The position numbers were made by a program, and so were the translations under genes. The notes below the pieces were generated by a model. It had not been told where the DNA came from. It did not search any database and worked only from the letters and a program-made list of their open reading frames with translations. From the NCBI GenBank assembly GCA_963677485.1, contig OY781964.1, positions 4,864,001 to 4,928,000 on the forward strand: a DNA stretch of 64,000 nucleotides. The letters run 5' to 3'. Origin of the DNA: Armatimonadota bacterium. GTDB lineage: Bacteria > Armatimonadota > HRBIN16. Positions 57,403 to 64,000 of this stretch are shown here, one piece after another. Every line of letters starts with the position of its first letter. Position 1 is the first letter of the stretch.

Positions 57403-57535
57403 GGGTGAACTCTAAGTGGAAATGGAGAACCCTGTCTCTTGTGGTGATCGGTTAGGCCAGCTTCTGTCGTTTCGTGACTACTCCACATTAGGCTTCTTTC
57501 TATGTCAAAATGGGCTCATTGGAAACAGCTCAACG

Positions 57536-57883
57536 GGCCTGTTTGGACTTTTCTCTATTCGTCCATAGGAAACAGAGAATAACGTGCACAAAAGAGACAA
57601 AATAGCTGAAAACGAGCCACACATGCCAAATGGCTAGTCCAAAATTATAGAGGCCATAAATGGGCCGATAATGGGGCTTGTGAGCTCGTTTTTAGTGCGT
57701 AAATGAGGAAAAGCCAAGATCATACATTATCTAGGCTTTTCTCGAAGAAAGTAACGGTTATTAGTTGTTGGTGGAGGAGAAAGGACGGTAACAAATAATC
57801 AGAGAGAGCATTTCTGGGGTGTTTTGGCTCTGTTGATGTCTATCTGAATTGCCAGGCGATGGGTAAGATACGTCCAAACTACC
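57536..57883. mobile_element. Possible MITE/IS remnant at the edge of the AT-rich polysaccharide locus
   Basis: Non-coding; short imperfect inverted ends GGCCTGTTTGGAC / GTCCAAACTACC and two internal stem-loops. Confidence 0.3.
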
Positions 57884-57906
57884 TTGAGAACAGTATACAA
57901 GGCCCC

Positions 57907-58863
57907 TTATTTGTCTTTGTGTAGACACTTATCAATAACTACATTAACCATCTGAGACACTTTGTGCAAAGTTAAAGCTCCAAAAAGTATCGCTGAGGTG
58001 GTCACAATGAAATTCAAGGGAAATACAGACAACTTGGATAGCAGTGGAATGATGGGTATTTGAACTAGGTATATTTCGAGTGTTATTGCGGCTACACCCG
58101 ATATTAACTTCATCGAAGCGCTAGATATACTACTGATCTTGGTTTCGAGGCTTGAAGCACACTTAAATACCGCATACAACAGACCTAATAACACAATCTG
58201 GTTAAATAACTGATACTGAGCTATGCTGTGGATTTTGACAAAACACGTTTTTGAAATTCCATATGCTAATACTAATAAGACGAGAGCAATCCAGTCGATG
58301 CGTGTCCTATGGTTTATATAACGCGAATGATTGATTCTGAATAGTATACCAATCAACATAGACTGAAAATACAGAAATCGTATCATTGGCTCCCTGACTG
58401 TATCAATGTGATAATAGCTATAGTCGTATGCAAATAGATACCATAGAAGTTGAATTATTAACATTACAATCATAAGTGTACTGATACGCTTTTTCAGATA
58501 ATCAACCTTGAGGACTACATACAATGGTATATATAGAAGCATAATAGATGGTACAAAATGGTAGTTTGTGGGATGAATAAAATACCAAAATAAGTTTTGT
58601 TTGTCGAGTGTATATAGACCTGTTAATACATACACTAATGTGATAATCCATACTACTGGATATACTCTTAGGAACCGCCGCAAATACCATTCGTAGAAAC
58701 CGACTTTGGGGTTAGCTAAACAAAATCCTGATACAGCAAAAAACAGAACATCACCTAATAAACCACCATTAGCAATGATGTCACTTGGGTAAATGCCTAT
58801 ATAGTGTGAGTTAGTAATTAATATCGCGGCAATTGCTCGCAGTAAAGTGACATAGTTAACCAT
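57907..58863 (-). CDS. Membrane acyltransferase (Acyl_transf_3/OafA-like)
   Basis: LRAIAAILITNSH, LFFAVSGF, RRFLRVYP, EIYLVQ; polytopic. Confidence 0.8.
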   Translation of the reverse strand: MVNYVTLLRAIAAILITNSHYIGIYPSDIIANGGLLGDVLFFAVSGFCLANPKVGFYEWYLRRFLRVYPVVWIITLVYVLTGLYTLDKQNLFWYFIHPTNYHFVPSIMLLYIPLYVVLKVDYLKKRISTLMIVMLIIQLLWYLFAYDYSYYHIDTVREPMIRFLYFQSMLIGILFRINHSRYINHRTRIDWIALVLLVLAYGISKTCFVKIHSIAQYQLFNQIVLLGLLYAVFKCASSLETKISSISSASMKLISGVAAITLEIYLVQIPIIPLLSKLSVFPLNFIVTTSAILFGALTLHKVSQMVNVVIDKCLHKDK

Positions 58864-58900
58864 TATGCTATTCCTGCCATAATCAGTTTCACGATGAAAT

Positions 58901-59995
58901 CTACTCTCCCAATCCTAGATATTTGATCATATCCTGATTCACCTTGTCGACATCAAATTTCGAGCGACAATACACCGAACTATTCCCGCCCATTATAGAA
59001 ATACGATCCGGATTATCAATAAACCACTGCATTTTATGGGCTAACGCAGCTGCGTCTCGGACAGGTACTATAAATCCATTATATCCATCCTTCACAGTTT
59101 CCCTACACCCAGGTGCGTCAGTCGTAATGATAGGCCTTCCCATTGCCATAGCCTCTAGCACCGTTCTAGGTGTTCCTTCGCTATATGATGGTAAGACAAA
59201 TACAGAACACTGAGCATAATATGATCGAACATCATCTGTTTCGCTATAATATTCGACAGTACCATCATCAACATACTTTCGTAGTATCGATATAGGTAAT
59301 GAATCCTGAATACCTTCGGTGGCACCCAATAGCATAAATCGAGTATCAGAATTATGCGACTTCACCATTCTTGCTGCCTCTAAATACTCATACACCCCCT
59401 TGCTATACATTATTCGCGACAACATGAAAAACGCAACTTGGTCTGGAAGTGCTGATGGGACAAAAACACCTGTGTTTACTCCTGATCCGTTGACTACTCT
59501 AGCCTTATCATGATTCACGAGCCCGTTCTTGATAAACATCAACATATCATCTGGATTTTGAAATATTACAGTATCCGCACATAATAATCCTATATGATAT
59601 AGTAATTTGGCAATAGTCCCTGTTGCGGATTTTGATGAAAAGACGTAACCTGCACCTGTTACCATAGAAATAATACTTTTCACTCTAAATAAACGTGCGG
59701 CGATGGCACCGTAGATCACTGGTTTTATGGTGTAACCTAATGTAATATGCGGTTTTGTCCTTCTGATAACTTTGCATAAACCTGACAAATACCTTATATC
59801 ACCTAGTATGCTTGTTCCGTTTTTATCTGCCGGTACACATACAAATTCGACCCCGAGCTTGTTGATTTCGTCGATATGATCATGGTTAGGGCCAGTTACA
59901 ACAACATCGTGACCCTTTGACAGTAATGCCCGTATCAGGTCGCCCCTGAAATTAAACACCGTTCTATTTTTCGGCGATATCAGTAATAGTTTCAT
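58901..59995 (-). CDS. Glycosyltransferase family 4 (PglA/Cap1E-like)
   Basis: YTIKPVIYG, FQNPDD, GSGV, KGVYEY, PSYSEGTPRTVLEAMAMGRPIITTDAPGCRE. Confidence 0.9.
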   Translation of the reverse strand: MKLLLISPKNRTVFNFRGDLIRALLSKGHDVVVTGPNHDHIDEINKLGVEFVCVPADKNGTSILGDIRYLSGLCKVIRRTKPHITLGYTIKPVIYGAIAARLFRVKSIISMVTGAGYVFSSKSATGTIAKLLYHIGLLCADTVIFQNPDDMLMFIKNGLVNHDKARVVNGSGVNTGVFVPSALPDQVAFFMLSRIMYSKGVYEYLEAARMVKSHNSDTRFMLLGATEGIQDSLPISILRKYVDDGTVEYYSETDDVRSYYAQCSVFVLPSYSEGTPRTVLEAMAMGRPIITTDAPGCRETVKDGYNGFIVPVRDAAALAHKMQWFIDNPDRISIMGGNSSVYCRSKFDVDKVNQDMIKYLGLGE

Positions 59996-59999
59996 GTCA

Positions 60000-60941
60000 T
60001 TAACTTTGAGACGCTACATAGTTTTGTAAGTTTGTATACACTAAATCAAAAAGACGCTCGCTATTACTATTAGATACAAATGAATTATGCGGAGTAATCA
60101 ATACATTATTGATGTTCCACAGAGGACTGTTTTCCACTAATGGCTCTTCACTAAACACATCAAGTGCTACACCCATGAAACGACCCTCATGAAGATGCTT
60201 AACCAAGTCAGATTCATTAATGATGGCACCGCGAGATATATTTACAATCACAGAATTCTTTTTCATTAGTGACATTAAATAGTAGTCAACTAACCCTCTT
60301 GTCTCAGTTGTTAATGGGAGTGATATTACTATAATATCTGCTACGGTAATGGCTCTAGGCAATTCTGACAATGGATAACATGCCGTAATGTAATCATCTT
60401 CTATCACTCGCACGTCGACTGCATTGACTTCACAATCAAATGCTACAAGGCGTTTCGCGATGTGTTGACCAACACTACCATACCCTATGATCAACACTGT
60501 CTTATACGACAATTCGCAAATATCACGTTTCTTAACCCATTTATTATCACATTGGTTTTGCATGAAAAATCTAGATTTTTTATATATCTCTAGAATTTTC
60601 AGTATAGCCCATTCGGCCATAGGAACTGAATATACACCTCTGGCATTAGTGATCGCAATTCCTCGCGATTTTATATCATCCATCGGAACACGGTCATAAC
60701 CAACGCTAGTCAGCTGGATGAATTTCAGGTTAGTAAATAGCTCAATCGGATTCTTGACAAACAGATTATTACAAACTACAACCTGTACATCCGATAAATC
60801 AATGCTTGCTGATTTCATCTCATCTTGAATATAGAGGGTGGTAAATCCTAATGCTTCAATCAGATTCAACTGGTATCTATTAATATTAAAAGCACCTGTA
60901 TATAGTAGTCTTGGCTTGTGTAACCTGCATACTTCAAACAT
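60000..60941 (-). CDS. D-isomer-specific 2-hydroxyacid dehydrogenase
   Basis: GYGSVG, LPLTTET, NISRG, ALDVFSEEPL, TPH. Confidence 0.9.
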   Translation of the reverse strand: MFEVCRLHKPRLLYTGAFNINRYQLNLIEALGFTTLYIQDEMKSASIDLSDVQVVVCNNLFVKNPIELFTNLKFIQLTSVGYDRVPMDDIKSRGIAITNARGVYSVPMAEWAILKILEIYKKSRFFMQNQCDNKWVKKRDICELSYKTVLIIGYGSVGQHIAKRLVAFDCEVNAVDVRVIEDDYITACYPLSELPRAITVADIIVISLPLTTETRGLVDYYLMSLMKKNSVIVNISRGAIINESDLVKHLHEGRFMGVALDVFSEEPLVENSPLWNINNVLITPHNSFVSNSNSERLFDLVYTNLQNYVASQS

Positions 60942-60989
60942 AATATCCCTTTACCTTAATAGTAGCTGATACCTTTGCGCGAGCAAAAA

Positions 60990-61823
60990 CTATTCATTCC
61001 TGTTGTATCTAGTTCTCACTATCTCATCCACTTTCTGACACAAGCGTATATGCAGATTCTGAATATCATCATTCGATGATTGCACTAACTTGTTTTCATA
61101 TTCCCGAATTTGCCCCACACCCTCTCGGAAATACTCGCTTACTTCATCGACATCGTTCACGCGTGTTGTATCACAAAAGCTCCTTGACAAAATCACCATT
61201 GTTGATCCTAACCGATAGTGTTCGGCTAATATGTATTCAGCCGGAACATCACCATATCCAATCCTAGCAATACCCCCGAAGCCGAATTTAACTCCTGCCA
61301 TTCCCATTTTATTACATAACATTTCCACCGTTCCATTCGTTAATAGTTCAAACATAAACTTCATGCCGTAACCCAAATGTAAATCATTCAATCCAATATG
61401 GATTTCGTCAATACCATCAATATCAAGAATGTCATCAATACTATCTACAGCTTCTGGAGTTTCAAGAAGCAAGCACGTTTTGGCATCTCCACTCACGATA
61501 TCTATAAACGAAACAACCTCATGTACTGACTTAAAATATGGCAGCATCACGATATCGGCACCATATTCAATAACCAGTTGAATCTGGCCTGACGAATTAT
61601 GATGAATAGGGTCAACCCTGACAATCAACTGTGAGTTCCCCAACAACGGCTTTATTTTGGCGATTGAACAAATATCATGACGAGAAATGACCGTATCCAA
61701 ATGCCCTTGTCGCTCATTCTTACCGAGTGTTTCTAAATCTATAAATATCCGGTCCACACCACACCCGACCGCGATTTCTGCAACGTCAGGACTATCGGTA
61801 ATATACATTAATGTTAATGCCAC
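60990..61823 (-). CDS. HpcH/HpaI aldolase / citrate-lyase-like protein
   Basis: GVDRIFIDLE, VMLPYF, LLLET, IHIGLNDL. Confidence 0.78.
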   Translation of the reverse strand: MALTLMYITDSPDVAEIAVGCGVDRIFIDLETLGKNERQGHLDTVISRHDICSIAKIKPLLGNSQLIVRVDPIHHNSSGQIQLVIEYGADIVMLPYFKSVHEVVSFIDIVSGDAKTCLLLETPEAVDSIDDILDIDGIDEIHIGLNDLHLGYGMKFMFELLTNGTVEMLCNKMGMAGVKFGFGGIARIGYGDVPAEYILAEHYRLGSTMVILSRSFCDTTRVNDVDEVSEYFREGVGQIREYENKLVQSSNDDIQNLHIRLCQKVDEIVRTRYNRNE

Positions 61824-61825
61824 GA

Positions 61826-62467
61826 TTAAGGTAACTTCTCATCATTATTTGGTAATATCGTTGTGGTTTTATCCGAATTCACGTTATCCTTCATGAGCAC
61901 GACATTGACTACGGTTTTCAAGAGTATCTTACAGTCAAGCCAAAACGACATATGTTCTACATACCACACATTCATTTCAATACGTTTGTTCCATTCTACA
62001 TCCTTTCGGCCATTGATCTGCGCCCACCCGGTCAACCCAGGCCGAACCATGAACATCTTTTTTTGTGCATCGGTGTAATGGTCATACTGCCACGGGTGAT
62101 ATGTTAGCGGTGGTCTTGGTCCAATAAAGCTCATGTCACCAAGCATGATATTCACGAGTTGTGGCAACTCGTCTATGCTGGTAGCTCTTATGATTTTCCC
62201 GACTTTGGTAACCCGTGCATCACTTTTACCAGAATACACTCCCTGTTTTTCCGCGTCTACAACCATAGAGCGATATTTATACATGTTAAACACTTTTCCG
62301 TTTCGACCAAGTCTCTTTTGTATATATAACACAAACCCCTTACTATCAATTATGATCAATAACGCTAATAATAACAGAACTGGGAATAATATAACTAATA
62401 ACAATATGGATAATGTGATATCATTTATTCTTTTGTAATCGATGTATTTCACAGCATTACCTCTCAT
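61826..62467 (-). CDS. Priming sugar (phosphoglycosyl) transferase, Bac_transf family
   Basis: KR..DI, KYRSM, D.RVT.VG, SIDELPQL.N...GDMSFIGPRP, PGLTGWAQ. Confidence 0.93.
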   Translation of the reverse strand: MRGNAVKYIDYKRINDITLSILLLVILFPVLLLLALLIIIDSKGFVLYIQKRLGRNGKVFNMYKYRSMVVDAEKQGVYSGKSDARVTKVGKIIRATSIDELPQLVNIMLGDMSFIGPRPPLTYHPWQYDHYTDAQKKMFMVRPGLTGWAQINGRKDVEWNKRIEMNVWYVEHMSFWLDCKILLKTVVNVVLMKDNVNSDKTTTILPNNDEKLP

Positions 62468-62514
62468 TCAAGCAATATTCATGTTCAATTATTATTTTAC
62501 AATACAAATACCCC

Positions 62515-63927
62515 CTACCGGCCGCTCATGTGTTTAACTATCATCGCTTGTGTACGAATAATGGTCTCTCGCAAACCTAAATTCATGATTTTTCGTGCTT
62601 CATGTGGCCATTTCCACGCATTATACATTAGCTGGCTCGATAGATTTACTATAATGAAACCAAGCAAACCATACCCCAATTCGAATGAAACTACACTTAA
62701 TGAAAGACTAAATAAACTCGTCAGAACGTAAGATCGCACATATGGTTGTTCGTTTCCTACAGATATAAAACTTGTAGCGCGCTGATGGTTGATCACTACA
62801 AATTGAGACAACACAATTATTGTAAGATAGGCAGGTGATAATAAGGAAGTGTTTGATTTAATGAGCTTCAGCACTGCACTACCTTGATTGACCAAAATTA
62901 CAGATCCAAGTAAATAAACGATCCATATCCATGATGTAACGAATGAAAAGAGGTCCTTTAGCTTTTCCTCGGCATTTATCAAACGATACGAACTCATTTG
63001 GGGAAGGTAAATATTAAAGGGAATAGACGCCATATTTGTCAGGACACTAACGAGTTGCATAGACAATCCATACATACCAGTAAGATGTAATGGTAAATAC
63101 ACAGAACACAATAAAGTATTCCCTTGATTTTGAATATAATTAGCTACCAGTGTCCATCCTATTTTTTTTGAATTGAATAATATCGATCGATATACATGAA
63201 TGCTTTCTCGGTGCCGAAACCTATAGACGGCTTTATTGTATTGGGTTATATTCTCACGTATCATCTTATTTATATGCACCGCATATTGATAACGATACAT
63301 GATTGATGTGCACAAAGTAGCTATGCCCAGTCCTAGCAAACCATATCCGGCAGCTATCAACACAAACCTCAACAATAAATTACATAGTTGATTTGAAATA
63401 CTAATGTACTGCATTTCTTTGATTTTCCCTAGGCCTTTAAAAAAGCTGTTACAATAGTTAAAATACATATTACAGGTAACACCTAAAGAAAATATAACCC
63501 ATGCAAGCAACGTTACTGAAGGCTTAATTGTACCAACTGATAAATGATATATATAGAGAGAGAAAAGCAAAAGTATAACTAAGACTGATATTCCGATATA
63601 TCTGTACACTCTTCGGGCTGTTAGCAACACATCAAACAACAACACGTAGTTTGCATGGCCTTGGTCCGACACCTTAGCAGGCGTACCATGTTTAGGGATA
63701 TCTTCTGCCCCACAATAAGCAAATGTAACATATCGAGTTACGACATTTCCAAATCCCAGGTCGAATAACGATGCAAAAGCTCCAACTGCTAAAAACACGC
63801 TCCACATCCCGAATTCAGATGCAGATATCTTATGTAATATCAACGGTAGTATAACTAAATTCGAAGTCATAGTGATGATATATGCTGCATAACTGAGTGC
63901 AGCATCCTTACGGGTTATATTGATCAA
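62515..63927 (-). CDS. Wzx-like O-unit flippase
   Basis: About 12 hydrophobic segments; EFGMW, DLGF, GMYGLS, YNAWKWP; polysaccharide context. Confidence 0.78.
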   Translation of the reverse strand: MINITRKDAALSYAAYIITMTSNLVILPLILHKISASEFGMWSVFLAVGAFASLFDLGFGNVVTRYVTFAYCGAEDIPKHGTPAKVSDQGHANYVLLFDVLLTARRVYRYIGISVLVILLLFSLYIYHLSVGTIKPSVTLLAWVIFSLGVTCNMYFNYCNSFFKGLGKIKEMQYISISNQLCNLLLRFVLIAAGYGLLGLGIATLCTSIMYRYQYAVHINKMIRENITQYNKAVYRFRHRESIHVYRSILFNSKKIGWTLVANYIQNQGNTLLCSVYLPLHLTGMYGLSMQLVSVLTNMASIPFNIYLPQMSSYRLINAEEKLKDLFSFVTSWIWIVYLLGSVILVNQGSAVLKLIKSNTSLLSPAYLTIIVLSQFVVINHQRATSFISVGNEQPYVRSYVLTSLFSLSLSVVSFELGYGLLGFIIVNLSSQLMYNAWKWPHEARKIMNLGLRETIIRTQAMIVKHMSGR

Positions 63928-64000
63928 GCTGTTTCCTTAGCTAATGGGACATAGCATTGCTTGTACAGAGGTAATGATATAACCCACCAAAATATGAAAG

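Noticed and set aside
63937-64000. 3' end of a further minus-strand polysaccharide gene
   Set aside because: Only about 20 codons are visible; no product can be supported.

Overview
Bacterial chromosomal window from what looks like an anaerobic, diderm, sugar-degrading organism; the DUF4838, URO-D-like and PQQ-like propeller content is reminiscent of Armatimonadota/Planctomycetota, which is inference only. Left to right it holds six blocks. (1) Secreted carbohydrate-active genes, including a GH2-like gene running off the left edge that the ORF track missed. (2) An AAA_21 ATPase + DUF4276 pair next to a 511-aa orphan transposase-like gene with hairpin and direct-repeat ends. (3) A GH42-like / URO-D-like / sugar ABC operon and a divergent ychF. 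(4) A ~26.5-kb divergent locus (17374-43881), the best candidate for an undescribed system. Its left arm looks like an isoprenoid pathway: ferredoxin, a B12-type radical SAM resembling archaeal GDGT ring synthases, a DxDD class II terpene cyclase, a DUF116-polyprenyl synthase, a prenyltransferase-fold protein and a GT4. Its right arm looks like a trans-envelope redox and export machine: PQQ-like propellers, an NHL protein, a Tat ferredoxin with a NapH-like membrane Fe-S protein, a fused NuoE-NuoF with bifurcation signatures, an StnC-like flavoprotein lacking its NADP(H) domain and a LolD/FtsX-type ABC exporter. (5) A complete Rex-associated [FeFe]-hydrogenase locus: rex-hydCBA-hydS-SpoIIE phosphatase, divergent from hydE-hydG-aspA-hydF. 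(6) The distal end of an AT-rich surface-polysaccharide locus. No rRNA, tRNA or CRISPR array was seen. All family calls come from motif reading, not database searches. Several starts were moved from the ORF track to RBS-supported codons.
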